Shown: positions 11,150-24,500, counted from the stretch's first letter. The stretch is 64,000 nt of DNA from Laetmonice hystrix (GCA_965235115.1 OZ249450.1:12896001-12960000), one strand, 5' to 3'. Notes: generated from the sequence alone by a model not told the origin. A program made the numbers and translations.

Positions 11150-11409
11150 TCTGTTCGCCAGGTGGCAGTTCGATCGTACAATCGTACAATTAGCCGGCGG
11201 CGACCGGCCGGTTCACTGACAGTTTGAGAGCGAAGGGACGGGGCGCGGAACTTGTGAAACCGTGACGTGAAAACGTTTGGTAGAGTGCGCACGACCGGAC
11301 TACAGCACGATTACTGCGCCACGCGTGCCTGTTTTATACAGTGATAGGGTCAACGGATGTCGACTGATGGCTTCCCGGCGTCTTGGGATCGAGAAACCTC
11401 TGAGTAAGT
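11150..11409 (+). promoter_or_regulatory. CpG-rich promoter-like segment with CTCF-like site and candidate non-coding exon donor
   Basis: TCGCCAGGTGGCAG at 11155-11168, GC-box-like ggggcgcgg, tgacgt half-site, donor GA|GTAAGT at 11404. Confidence 0.35.
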
Positions 11410-11791
11410 ATAATCTGTATTCTAACTAATGTATTCCCTGATTGTTTGTCCACAATTATAGTGTACGCCTACCATAGTTTTAGTGTATTCGATTTGGTAA
11501 TCCCTCCCTCACACATGCATACATTGTATACATACGAAGTTGTAGCCTATATTTGGAATGAGGGCACGATTACTTTACAGTATGGTTTATAGCACGTTAC
11601 TTCTTGAAGAACAAAAAAACGCTAGTCCATAGTTTGTGCTTCACATGTTAGTTGCGATTACAAAGACAGAAATCATGATATTGATGTTATCATGTGGGAA
11701 CTTCAGAAAGATATAAAAATCTCAAAGTTCCCCAAACGCAGTAAGAGACCTTTCTTTAAGGAACGTGTTCTTGATGTTCTTTCAGGGAATA

Positions 11792-11987
11792 TTGAATCGG
11801 TGGTTGTACTGGAGACAACCATACTGTTTTAGGGAATTTGAGAGATTGATTCAATGGTTGTATTGGAGACAACCATACTGTTTTAGGGAATTTGAGAGAT
11901 TGAATCGGTGGTTGTACTGGAGACAGCCATACTGTTTTAGGGAATTTGAGAGATTGATTCGGTGGTTGTACTGGAGACAATCATACT
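11792..11987. repeat. 54-bp minisatellite, ~3.6 copies
   Basis: Unit ttgaatcggtggttgtactggagacaaccatactgttttagggaatttgagaga. Confidence 0.95.
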
Positions 11988-14900
11988 CTTTTTGGACCAT
12001 TTCGTTTCCCCCTTTTTTAACCCCATTTATTCTGTTTCAAAGGAAGAGATGGTACTAAACCCTGCTCCTCGCCCCTCGCGTTGATTTTATGAGCCAGTTA
12101 CTCGGTCCGTTTTATCCTGACTTGGAGATCATTCGGTCCGCAGAGATTAGCCCCTCCATTATTTTGCCATTCACCTTTTCCCGCCCGAACTGAAGCGACC
12201 CAAACTCCCCCAACGAAAGAACCATATATCACAGAGCGCCATGACAACCAATATCGGCGCCTGCGCAGTAAAAGACCTCCCGTTGAAAGGCGCCGGTCAA
12301 AGATGACGCCCCTGTGACCCTGAGTGAATGCTCGCGCCAAACTGGTTGGCCTCGGTGGAACCGATTTTTCCCCACCGCAGGATATGTAGGAAAAGTTGAA
12401 TACGTTTGCCTGCTTCGAAAATAAAGCAAGGCAACGGGTTAAAGCACAAAATTGGTAAAAGCAACGGGGCAGAATGTTGAAATCATACATATTATTTCTC
12501 ACGTTGTTTTCCCCATCTATAGGTTGGCTTATAGTTGCTTATCTCATCAAGAGTCCAACTTCCTGTTAAAATCTGTGAAAATAAGGGTATGAAAGAACAC
12601 GGCTATTTCACATGTAATGATAGATCAGAATCGTTGCTGAAATGCCTAGACTTAAAGGTACAACAACTTACCTCGGACTTTTCTAGAATATAGGGTTACT
12701 GGCCTATTCTGATAAATCACCCGAGTCCTGTGGATGTCACATTCTGGATGCAATGACAAAAACTTGACAGTGCAAAAACTTGAGATGACTTCAAGACGGC
12801 AAGAGGATCCGAACAAGTACAATATACATTGTAGTCCCGACTGTGTGGCGGAGTTTCGTTCCCATTTATGTTGTGATAATGACGTATTATGACGTCACGC
12901 GTCATACGGCATTGTTCCCTGTGAGGGCTCCTGAAGATGTAAGTATAGTGAGAACCCGGCCAAACCAATGGTCGCTCCCCAAACTCCCGCCACCAAATCC
13001 TGTCGCCTCGCACGGTAATTAGACTTGACAAATGACACCACGCCGGGGATCATCCTCTCTCATCCTTTAATCCACTCCATCCCGTTGCAGAGTTAGAACG
13101 AGGCTGTAATCATCCTGCGTAGGTCGTCCCCCTAAAACAACTCCTCGAGATTAAACAGGGTGTGTCTGGGGGTCGGGGGTAGGGGGTGGGGGTTTCCACC
13201 AGAAACCTTCTCAAAAGTCCTAATCATATACCCTTCTACTTTATCAGTGGGGAATTTGTTTTGACCTGTCCTCAAGTTTGAGAAAACGGACTTTGCTATT
13301 TTCGAACTTAAGCAAAGCCATCCCATAGAAAAGGGCATATGTATTCCTCATGTTAGGTTGAATTTGAACAGATATTATGTCGTTTTTCTTAGATGAACGA
13401 TCACCTTACGGGGGAAAATGATCTTATATACCAACGTTTTCAACGTTTTGAGCTTTCATAGACACAGTGGTTATTTTAAACGTGCACATGTTCTTTTTAT
13501 CCTTTGAATAGGAAGTCAGATATTTTGCCTTCTGTAAAGCTCATTTTACACCATTGGAAGAAACTCCATCTACGAGAGGGGTTTCTTTTTTCAACACATC
13601 AGGCCTGTTGAGATGATTACCAAGTAACATCCGTTTCTGATTCTGCTACTCGCCATTACAATGTTTTCCACTGTATAGGCGCCGTACCGTAAGCTCTCCT
13701 CCGATTCCCTCCTTAATCCATTTTTTTCTCGGACCTCTTCACCCCAATTTTCACCATCAGAAACTGGCGCGATTCAAGTCTGCCAGCGAAGCTTAAGGGT
13801 TTACGTCGCCAATGTTGCTTAGAGAGGATATAGAGATGGATTGTGGATCGATAGTCAACCTACGTCCAGCACCTAGGTTATCACTATTCTATAAATCAGA
13901 CGTTCCGCCGCCTCCAAATGGTCTCTTAACGTGAGTCCACCCACAGAGCTACACAAATAGAGCTTCAAACGCAAACAGCCAGCGAGCCCGGGGGGAAAAC
14001 GAAAAACTAACGAAACGGCACTTTCTCTAAAATCGGAAAAAAGGGGGAGAAGAAAACGAAAGAAAAAATGAATTAGTATTCCCGAGAAGGGACTGTAGGA
14101 TTATCACTGCTGCTTTCAGCGACGTTCTGAAAGAGGAGCCGAGTGTCGGGCTGGCGTATGGAGTGGGGCTTTGGACGGCCGGCTTACGTACTCCCGTCGA
14201 CATTGCTGACCGAGCATGGTTCAATCCTAAACTCTCCCCCTCTCCCTCTCTGCCCCGGATTGCTTCTAGTCCGGGACACGACCACACAGATGTGGCTGTG
14301 CATTTAAAAACCAAACTGGCCTTGGTCTGAAATGTGGAAAGCGTTCAGTACAAGTCGCGCAAATTGAAAGCTGTGTCGGGGAGCATTAGTGGCAGTCAAA
14401 GCTTCAGCTTCCGGGGACATCAGCATGTAAAACAAATTAGTCGACCCATTAAACGCTAGGTCTGCGTAGGGTTAGATTTATTGTTTAGTTTCCGGACTTC
14501 CTTTCTCACACTGACGAGTTCATCAATCTTTCACTGGTATCATCCATCCAGATATATATTTTATTAAAGCTAGATAGAGGGACTGTATCTCCACTTAATT
14601 CAACTTTAAAACTTTAACTTTGAAAATGATCCGGGGCAGATATTTAAATAGCATCTCAGCTGAATCAAACTCCGGCCCTAAGACACAGCGGTTAGCGTCT
14701 ATGGTATCAAGCTCTTGCCAACTCCGCCACCGCCACCTCCCCAAAGAAAGGCTTTGGAGGTGATGCAGGACAATGCCCCCTCTCCTTGCCCACATCTTCT
14801 GAACAACTATACGTGATGTTTTAATGTAACATGCGTATAATACTCACATGTTAGACCAATCCTACCACTGACTAAATGTTTTATTAAGGTAGAGAGATAG

Positions 14901-15104
14901 ATGTATGTACGTACGGATGCACCGATATAGATCTATGTGATGTGTTTTTTTTTATTTATGGATCTCTGCATACAAAGTAATATATCCTCACATGTCTGGG
15001 TATCATGTTTCTCTCTGCTAAAGAGATTGATTCTTTTAGAAGAGCAAGATGACCTGCCGATATTGATATCCACCAAGTGTCTACATTCTCCACATTTAAG
15101 ATAC

Positions 15105-15167
15105 TCCTCTCCCTTCTCCTTCTCCTCCCCTCCTCCTCCCCTCCTCTTCCTGCTCCTCCTCCCCCTC
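15105..15167. repeat. polypyrimidine (CCT/CT)-rich tract
   Basis: Nearly pure C/T run, ctcctctcccttctccttctcctcccctcctcctcccc... Confidence 0.85.
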
Positions 15168-15254
15168 CGTGAGGATGGATGGTTTCTGTGCGGGGGGTAG
15201 GCGGTCGACGCGGGAGAGCCCCTGGGTATACTAGGCTGGAACATGAGCTTTAAA

Positions 15255-17331
15255 GGTTGGAGGAGGTGGTGTAGGAGGGTCCAGACTTACAGCGGTCTAG
15301 GGTGGAGGAGGTGGTGTAGGAGGGTCCAGACTTTCAGCGGTCTAGGGTGGAGGAGGTGGTGTAGGAGGGTCCAGACTTACAGCGGTCTAGGGTGGAGGAG
15401 GTGGTGTAGGAGGGTCCAGGCATACAGCGGTCTAGGATGGAGGAGGTGGTATAGGAGGGTCCAGACTTACAGCGGTCTAGGGTGGAGGAGGTGGTGTAGG
15501 AGGGTCCAGACTTACAGCGGTCTAGGGTGGAGGAGGTGGTGTAGGAGGGTCCAGACTTACAGCGGTCTAGGGTGGAGGAGGTGGTGTAGGAGGGTCCAGA
15601 CTTTCAGCGGTCTAGGGTGGAGGAGGTGGTGTAGGAGGGTCCAGGCATACAGCGGTCTAGGGTGGATGAGGTGGTGTAGGAGGGTCCAGACTTACAGCGG
15701 TCTAGTGTGGAGGAGGTGGTGTAGGAGGGTCCAGACTTACAGCGGTCTAGTGTGGAGGAGGTGGTGTAGGAGGGTCCAGACTTACAGCGGTCTAGTGTGG
15801 AGGAGGTGGTGTAGGAGGGTCCAGACTTACAGCGGTCTAGCGTGGAGAAGGTGGTGTAGGAGGGTCCAGACTTACAGCGGTCTAGGGCTGGAGAAGGTGG
15901 TGTAGGAGGGTCCAGACTTACAGCGGTCTAGTGTGGAGGAGGTGGTGTAGGAGGGTCCAGACTTACAGCGGTCTAGTGTGGAGGAGGCGGTGTAGGAGGG
16001 TCCAGACATACAACGGTCTAGGGTGGAGGAGGTGGTGTAGGAGGGTCCAGACTTACAGCGGTCTAGGGTGGAGGAGGTGGTGTAGGAGGGTCCAGACTTA
16101 CAGCGGTCTAGGGTGGAGGAGGTGGTGTAGGAGGGTCCAGACTTACAGCGGTCTAGTGTGGAGGAGGTGGTGTAGGAGGGTCCAGACTTACAGCGGTCTA
16201 GGGTGGAGGAGGTGGTGTAGGAGGGTCCAGACTTACAGCGGTCTAGGGTGGAGGAGGTGGTGTAGGAGGGCCCAGACTTACAGCGGTCTAGGGTGGAGGA
16301 GGTGGTGTAGGAGAGTCCAGACTTACAGCGGTCTAGGGTGGAGGAGGTGGTGTAGGAGAGTCCAGACTTACAGCGGTCTAGGGTGGAGGAGGTGGTGTAG
16401 GAGAGTCCAGACTTACAGCGGTCTAGGGCTGGAGAAGGTGGTGTAGGAGGGTCCAGACTTACAGCGGTCTAGGGTGGAGGAGGTGGTGTAGGAGGGTCCA
16501 GACTTACAGCGGTCTAGGATGGAGGAGGTGGTGTAGGAGGGTCCAGACTTACAGCGGTCTAGGGTGGAGGAGGTGGTGTAGGAGGGTCCAGACTTACAGC
16601 GGTCTAGGGTGGAGGAGGTGGTGTAGGAGGGTCCAGACTTACAGCGGTCTAGGGTGGGGGAGGTGGTGTAGGAGGGTCCAGACTTACAGCGGTCTAGTGT
16701 GGAGGAGGTGGTGTAGGAGGGTCCAGACTTACAGCGGTCTAGGGCTGGAGAAGGTGGTGTAGGAGGGTCCAGACTTACAGCGGTCTAGGGCTGGAGAAGG
16801 TGGTGTAGGAGGGTCCAGACTTACAGCGGTCTAGGCTGGAGAAGGTGGTGTAGGAGAGTCCAGACTTACAGCGGTCTAGGGTGGAGGAGGTGGTGTAGGA
16901 GGGCCCAGACTTACAGTGGTCTAGGGTGGAGGAGGTGGTGTAGGAGGGTCCAGACTTACAGCGGTCTAGAGTGGAGGAGGTGGTGTAGGAGGGTCCAGAC
17001 TTACAGCGGTCTAGGGTGGAGGAGGTGGTGTAGGAGGGTCCAGACTTACAGCGGTTTAGGGTGGATGAGGTGGTGTAGGAGGGTCCAGACTTACAGCGGT
17101 CTAGGGCGGAGGGGGTGGTGTAGGAGGGTCCAGACTTACAGCGGTCTAGGGTGGATGAGGTGGTGTAGGAGGGTCCAGACTTACGGCGGTCTAGGGTGGA
17201 GGAGGTGGTGTAGGAGGGTCCAGACTTACAGTGGTCTAGGGCGGAGGGGGTGGTGTAGGAGGGTCCAGACTTACAGCGGTCTAAGGTGGAGGAGGTGGTG
17301 TAGGAGGGTCCAGACTTACAGTGGTCTAGGG
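15255..17331. repeat. 45-bp G-rich minisatellite, ~46 copies
   Basis: Unit gggtggaggaggtggtgtaggagggtccagacttacagcggtcta. Highly homogeneous, with scattered point variants and a few 44/46-bp units. Confidence 0.99.
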
Positions 17332-18861
17332 CCGGAGAGAGGGTGGGGGGCTGTCTGTGGTGAGAATGTTAGACAGACTTGTAGACTTCCCGCTGTGTAT
17401 AGAATGACAGTGAATGACATACAGGGTGTATTGTAGAGATGACCTTCACGTGGCGATCCTATCCTGAACAGATCCATTAGTGTAGAACAATGAGACGTCC
17501 TGATAACAAGACACCTAGGTGGTGTCCTGACGCTATGCAGGTGTCGGATAGAAACGCTGCAATTACAATGTTATATTTATTTTTTCTATATGTACAGATT
17601 AATTTCTAGAAAACGCCACAACAGATTTGTCACCCGATATCCCATATAATTTGCAAAGTTGGCCGATGTGGATATCCCGTTAATTTGCCGGGACACATTC
17701 AATTTTTAAATAAAGACCCGTCATTTCTTGTTATTGGTATATTCAATCAGCGAGTCCATGAGCTTAATTACAACACGCCATTCTTGTCAAAATTAAATTT
17801 GCAAAAACACTGGTCGGTTCATTCCTAACAATAATGAACACATTTGAGAAAGCTCTCTTGAAACGTTTTCTACCAGCCAGGAAGAAGCAAAATAGTGAAA
17901 CCTCTGAGACTGTCGCTGCGGGGTGGGGCTGGTTTTCGTCAGTTAAAAGTACCGACGTCCGGGAGAATCTCAGTGTTGTTTTGAGAGGACCAGGCTGCAG
18001 GCCATGTCGTTTGTCACACACCGCTAGCGTCCCTGCCCTTTGGTCCAGTCGTGTCGTTTGTTATAAATCGGCAGCGTCTTTGCCCGTTTGTCCAATCATG
18101 TCGTTTGTTATAAATCGGCCCCGTCCTTGCAGGGTCGTCCGATCTCAAACTAACCTCAGTCTTACAGGCACGTGACAGCCTTTAAGGCACACGTTAATTG
18201 CATGTGCGAAGTCCATGATGGATGACTTCCGCCCCGGCCCATGACAACGGTGGCCTGCCCCTATTGTCGCCCACCTCCCGTCTTCTCCAGCAGCGGGACC
18301 CCACATTATCCGGGTCTCCAGCCTCATTCTCAGTGTTGTCATTTCTTCACTGTCGGTTTCTCACCGCGTCATATGTCATAGAGGACAATGAGGAGAGAAA
18401 AAACGATAGAATAAGAGGCTAGTAGATTTGATGGTGATTATTGTTTTCAAAATCATTCTATAATTAAGTCTGTCTAGTGGTCATTGTTTTATAGTCACTG
18501 TCCTCAATCCACTGCGCTTGAATCATCTTACATAATATTTGTGAAGTACCATTGTATCTCCAGTTTCATAAGTGGTCATTGACCAAACAGAAATGAGTGT
18601 AACAACTCTTTGATTTCCTTTATTAGTGCGAGACTGAGCTGCTGTCTGAAATGCCAGTTTCTTGATTTGTTACCTTTTAGTCTGGTATTCTGCCTTTCTT
18701 ATGAAGGGAACCGATTCATATATTTGGACCCACGTTAATTCATTCATTAAATATCAAGGCAGTTAAGGAAGAAGAAACAAATTGCTGTACTACGGTTACG
18801 GCAGTTGGTGTCGGTGGATGAGCTCCGCTCACAAACACCCCTTTGTGTATATACTACTTGC

Positions 18862-19041
18862 GAACCGTAGCCTGGCCCAAATACGTGGAGGGGGGGGGGA
18901 GTAGGCCTGCCACGTGATAGCGCGTCATTGCGCCGGTCGAGCTGACCCGGGGTGTGGGTAAAAAAAAACACACACAAAAATGGAAATCCCAGCCCACTGG
19001 AATGCCCCCTGCCCCCCCCCCCCCCGCAGGCTACGGCCCTG
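18862..19041. mobile_element. degenerate G/C-tract MITE-like element
   Basis: Left ccgtagcctg plus G-tract; right C-tract plus caggctacggccctg. A related end (cagggccgtagc) occurs at ~7222. No TSD resolved. Confidence 0.3.
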
Positions 19042-19658
19042 GAACAGAACCGATTCTATTCGTGATCGCAAGGGACCGATCGTATTTCAATGGGTGACAT
19101 TTCATACCTAGTGGGGAGCTCCGACACTAGATATGTAGATCTATACGTAAAGTTCTTCTTATTCCTAAGGCTAAGAAAGCGCGATGTAAGGTGGCATTTA
19201 ATATGCAATAACGTTAACACGTTATACAATACTTGCACAGGCTAGGTAATCTAAGGTGTGCATCAATAGGGATGAAATAGAATTGCAAAGTGGGAGGTAG
19301 ACTGCTTGGGTACATTTACTATGATGAAACATCAAGTGTTCCAGCTGTAGCTCATGTAGTATCATTCTATGAGCTCGTAAAGTATAAACTTCACCCAGGT
19401 GTTTGCTCGGGTCATCCATTAGTAATTAGCGGGATAAACGTGTGAATGACTGCCATTCACCAGGGATCATAAACTTCTTGTCAGCCGTTTTAGTGGCGAC
19501 CTGCATTTTAATGTGTTGTCTGAATGATGTACGAAAACCGACCGTTCTCATGAATCTTAAAAAGGTCTGGTTGGCAACTACGTTAAGTATAATGATGTCG
19601 TTGTTTTGCGGTCTTTCATTATGGTAGGCCTATCAGTGGGTGTACTTGGGCCTCACTG

Positions 19659-21447
19659 GGCCGTCACACTGTGCCGTCACGGTAGGTCGTCACGGTAGGT
19701 CGTCACGGTAGGCCGTCACGGTAGGCCGTCACATTGTGGCGTCACGGTAAGCCGCCACATTGTGCCATCACGGTAGGTCGTCACACTGTGCCGTGACGGT
19801 AGGCCGTCACACTGTGCCGTGACGGTAGGAAGTCACACTGTGCCGTCACGGTTAGCCGTCACACTATGCCGTCACGGTAGGCCGTCACACTATGCCGTCA
19901 CGGCAGGTCGTCACACTACCGTCACGGTAGGCCGTCACACTATGCCGTCACGGCAGGTCGTCACACTACCGTCACGGTAGGCCGTCACACTATGCCGTCA
20001 CGGCAGGTCGTCACACTACCGTCACGGTAGGTCGTCACACTGTGCCGTCACGGTAGGCCGTCACACTGTACCGTCACGGTCGGCCGTCACACTGTACCGT
20101 CACGGTAGGCCCTCACACTGTGCCGTGACGGTAGGTCGTCACACTGTGCCGTGACGGTAGGTCGTCACACTGTGCCGTGACGGTTGGACGGTAGGACGTC
20201 ACACTGTACCGTCACGGTCGGCCGTCACACTGTACCGTCACGTTAGGCCCTTACACTGTGCCGTGACGGTAGGTCGTCACACTGTGCCGTGACGGTAGGA
20301 CGGTAGGACGTCACCCTGTACCGTCACGGTAGGCCGTCACACTGTACCGTCACGGTAGGCCCTCACACTGTACCGTCACGGTAGGCCGTCACACTGTACC
20401 GTCACGGTAGGCCGTCACACTGTACCGTCACGGTAGGCCGTCACACTGTACCGTCACGGTAAGCCGCCACATTGTGCCATCACGGTAGGTCGTCACACTG
20501 TGCCGTGACGGTAGGCCGTCACACTGTACCGTCACGATAGGCCGTCACACTATGCCGTGACGGTAGGTCGTCACACTGTACCGTCACGGTAGGCCGTCAC
20601 ACTGTACCGTCACGATAGGCCGTCACACTATGCCGTCACGGTAGGCCGTCACACTGTACCGTCACGATAGGCCGTCACACTATGCCGTCACAGTAGGACG
20701 TCACACTGTACCGTCACGGTAGGACGTCACACTGTACCGTCACGGTAGGCCGTCACACTGTACCGTCACGGTAGGCCGTCACACTGTACCGTCACGGTAG
20801 GCCGTCACACTGTACCGTCACGGTAGGCCGTCACACTGTACCGTCACGGTAGGCCGTCACACTGTACCGTCACGGTAGGCCGTCACACTGTACCGTCACG
20901 GTAGGCCGTCACGGTAGGCCGTCACGGTAGGCCGTCACGGTAGGCCCTCACACTGTACCGTCAGGGTAGGCCGTCACACTGTACCGTCACGGTAGGCCGT
21001 CACACTGTACCGTCACGGTAGGCCCTCACACTGTACCGTCACGGTAGGCCGTCACACTGTGCCGTCACGGTAGGCCGTCACACTGTGCCGTCACGGTAAG
21101 CCGTCACACTGTGCCATGACGGTAGGCCGTCACACTGTGCCGTCACGGTAGGTCGTCACACTGTACCGTCACGGTAGGTCGTCACACTGTACCGTCACGG
21201 TAGGTCGTCACACTGTACCGTCACGGTAGGTCGTCACACTGTACCGTCACGGTAGGTCGTCACACTATGCCGTCACGGCAGGTCGTCACACTATGCCGTC
21301 ACGGTAGGTCGTCACACTACCGTCACGGTAGGTCGTCACACTGTGCCGTCACGGTAGGCCGTCACACTGTACCGTCACGGTAGGCCGTCACACTGTACCG
21401 TCACGGTAGGCCGTCACACTGTGCTGTCACGGTAGGCCGTCACACTG
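19659..21447. repeat. 26-bp minisatellite (dimer of 13-mers), ~69 units
   Basis: Unit gtcacactgtacc+gtcacggtaggcc. Short runs of the bare 13-mer gtcacggtaggcc occur near 19680-19730 and 20900-20945. Confidence 0.98.
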
Positions 21448-22298
21448 ATTGGCTGGTCTAAGCCCGCCAATGAAGCGTTAATTCAGTTTAAGCTTAATGT
21501 GTTAAGTTTTCAGGAACTGGGCCTTTTCCATGGTGGTAGGGTTGATGATGAGCAGGGAAAAACTTGACCGTGGAGACGCCGGCCTACCAGCACTGCCCTC
21601 ACTGTACATGTCTGACTGTTGGAGAGAAACAGTTTGGGCCGATACCGAGGTATCTGTTCAATGAAGCGTGACAACTAATCAAATAACTCAACCACGCCTC
21701 GCGCGATTTCACTGGTGATGCGTGAATGTTGTGGCTGATAAAAGAAAAGCTGTTTTCGCGCAGCTTGCCGCCTTTCGAGATCCCTTTGTGGGACTGCTCT
21801 TTGTCATCATAACTGACCTTTAAAACGTAATTGTAATAAACATTTCGATTGGCCGAACGAGATTGAAGGGAAGGAAATGATAATGGGCAGTCTTGATGTG
21901 CACAATTGTCAGAAGTGCTTCATATGGACCATTTTAAGGGACTGTTTTTAAGAAAACGCCAAAATGTGAATTATTAATGTTGATGATACTTAACCTAAAG
22001 ATGCTGGCAGAATGGCAAAAATTTTATACGGCTGAGGGTCAAGTAAGCCTAAAGTTGTGATAGAGTCCTATTCTGTCTTTTGTCCATTGATACCATCAGA
22101 CTGGGTGTGAACACATCGCCAGAAAATCACTAATTTAACAGCTTTGATACTTAGGTATAAGCTGGGGTGGGATGGGGGTGTGGGTCAAGGAGCCCTTTGT
22201 CCCCTGGCTACATGTGCCCCTGATCAGAGATAGGACACGTAAGTCATCTATATAGAAGTTCCACAATGGTCTTCTTTTTGTATCCAGAATGTAGGACC

Positions 22299-23232
22299 CA
22301 GGGGCCGGTTTTACTAAAGGTCCTTATTTAAGGACGTCGCTAATTTAACATAGAAGTGAATGGTTGCTAGGTCGTTTTATTTTCGACCTAGCAACCCATT
22401 CACTTCTATGTTAAATTAGCGACGTCCTTAAAGGAGAAGTCCAGTCAAAAATCACATTTGGACAGATGCAAGGCCTCTATATATACTCACCTTTCAGAGT
22501 AGTGGTTGGAAATAAATGTCCCCCCATTCTAAGAAGTCATATGTTGAACATGACAACCGTGTCAAATCACTGGCTTCATCGGCGCAGCCATTTGTTGCTA
22601 TTGGGCTGGCCGGAAGTGACGTTCCGGGGCTAATCTATTGCATGCCGGGGCTAGGCTAGACTAGACTAAAGTAAAGGCAGCCGAGGCGGGTCGGCAGAAT
22701 CAACGGGGATCAGTCCCACAGTCACAGTCACAACTAAAACAGGTCTGTGCTGAACTGACCACAGGAGTCTGACACTGTCAGCACCCGCCCGCGGTCGAAG
22801 CCACGGTCAGGGCCCGGCCCAGTGGCCCTGCGGGTGCCGTCAACATCACGAATGCAGGTGGCCGAAACCCACGGCTGGAGCTTGCCCAGATCCGTGTCCA
22901 CCCTGATATATCCCCTGACATCGCTAGGCTTAATTCCTAGCCATTCCTCATCACTATGATCGATGGTTTTCGTCTATGTTCTGGAGAGCAGTGGTTGGAG
23001 CATGCGCAATGTGAGATTAGCCCAAGGAGCAGACAGCTATGGCCGCCATCACCAGCGGAGCAGGTTCTAAGGAGGCTCCGGCACTAAAGTGCTTATATCT
23101 TAACTATTTGAGCACCAATTGTGTTCAAATCTTTTTAAATTGCTTAGAATATCACGGCCTGTGTGCCTTGCCTGTACACACTGGCGGTGGACTTTTCTTT
23201 TAAATAAGGACCTTTAGTAAAACCGGCCCCTG
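22299..23232. mobile_element. 934-bp non-autonomous DNA transposon with perfect 32-bp TIRs
   Basis: caggggccggttttactaaaggtccttattta (22299) and taaataaggacctttagtaaaaccggcccctg (to 23232). Internal palindrome at 22328-22431. TSD not clearly resolved. Confidence 0.85.
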
Positions 23233-24139
23233 ACTCTGGGAGGATTTCCACAGGTATAACCATGTGATAGTAAACTGTCATGGACGTTATCCAGCACCTC
23301 TACTGGACAATCCTTGGTTTTGGGTGGGATGTGCCTTAATTGGAAGAATATGCGGCGGTAGGCGTTTCCGTTGTGTCAGAATTGGTTTACTCGGGCGCCC
23401 TCTGTTGGTTATCACGCATAATAAGAGGATGTTTGCTGGTGGTGGTGGGTGGTGGGGGGATAACGTTGGAAAGGTCGTCCAGCACTTGATCCCGTAGACT
23501 GCGTCATTATGAGAAGCAAACACTATGTGATACATAGCCTACCACCAACGACTCCGGGGATGGGCGTGGGCCCTTAACAGAATGACTGCTCCGCAGTGAG
23601 CTGTTCTCTGGTCATCGATCCCTCAAATGGCGCTGTGCCTTTAGTGTTATGAGACACGAAATGAAGGAATCGCGCTGTTTCGATTGGTAATTCCCATAAA
23701 ACGACCTTGACAAGGTCAACACGCCGGAGTGCTGTGGCCATGGAAACGAACATTGCCAGGTGACCCGCTACATCTCCAGGGTCCTGCTAACAGTGTTTTG
23801 GTGGTTGAGTTCTCATGTTTGCGAGATGTTGAGGCCTTTGGTACAGAACCGAATCTATCAGTCAATCCACATGCACTGCTTGAATTTCATGTAAACGGTC
23901 GAACTATGTTTTAAAAGTAATCGTCCTCAATCAACACACACTAGACATAAGTACCACATGGGCAGACTGGAGAGACACCAACGTTCAATTGAAATATTAA
24001 CAATCTTTTTTTGTCAGTTTTGACCATTATTCAGTATTTACACTCGATGTTAACCACTACATAGTTTTTATTTTTCATGGTGAGACTCAAGTCGTTTAGT
24101 ATTTTGTAGGGTAGTCACGTGACCGAACTATTTCGGTTA

Positions 24140-24500
24140 TTCTTCTGTGCATTGTCCTGCAATGACGTCGATCTTCTCTCGCTGCGGTCTTTCTCTGCCG
24201 ACCACTTCTGTAAAACTTTCTCTTGTCTTTAGTTTCTTGATACCTCTCCAATACCCGGTAAACCGTTTGGCAGCAGCAGTGAAACCATCTGGCAATATTC
24301 TGGACGGAAATACCTTCCTCTCCAAGGTAGATGACTTCTCCCCGTTCTGCATTTGTCAGATCTCGTACTTTTGCCATGGTAACACGAATGTCCTTCTGCA
24401 CTCTAAGATTTCCATAATGCGAAATTGAGAACACAGTTGAATGTGCGACTCTGGGAACTTCTAAAGAGGGCATGTTGCAATACGTTTTTTCTAGTGAGTG
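24140..24500 (-). mobile_element. 5'-end relic of a Tc1/mariner element with transposase N-terminal HTH
   Basis: From ATG at 24377: MAKVRDLTNAERGEVIYLGEEGISVQNIARWFHCCCQTVYRVLERYQET...RSGRQRKTAAREDRR, i.e. paired-like HTH plus GRPR-like motif and R-E-D-R. The element end reads TA|CACTCACTAG (24500). No DDE domain follows. Confidence 0.8.

Noticed and set aside
10845-11292. ORFs spanning the N gap
   Set aside because: Open only because N codons contain no stops.
15243-17436. W/R-rich 15-aa repeat proteins (220, 171 and 123 aa ORFs)
   Set aside because: They are read-throughs of the 45-bp array (unit divisible by 3), broken by 44/46-bp units, with no splice or codon evidence.
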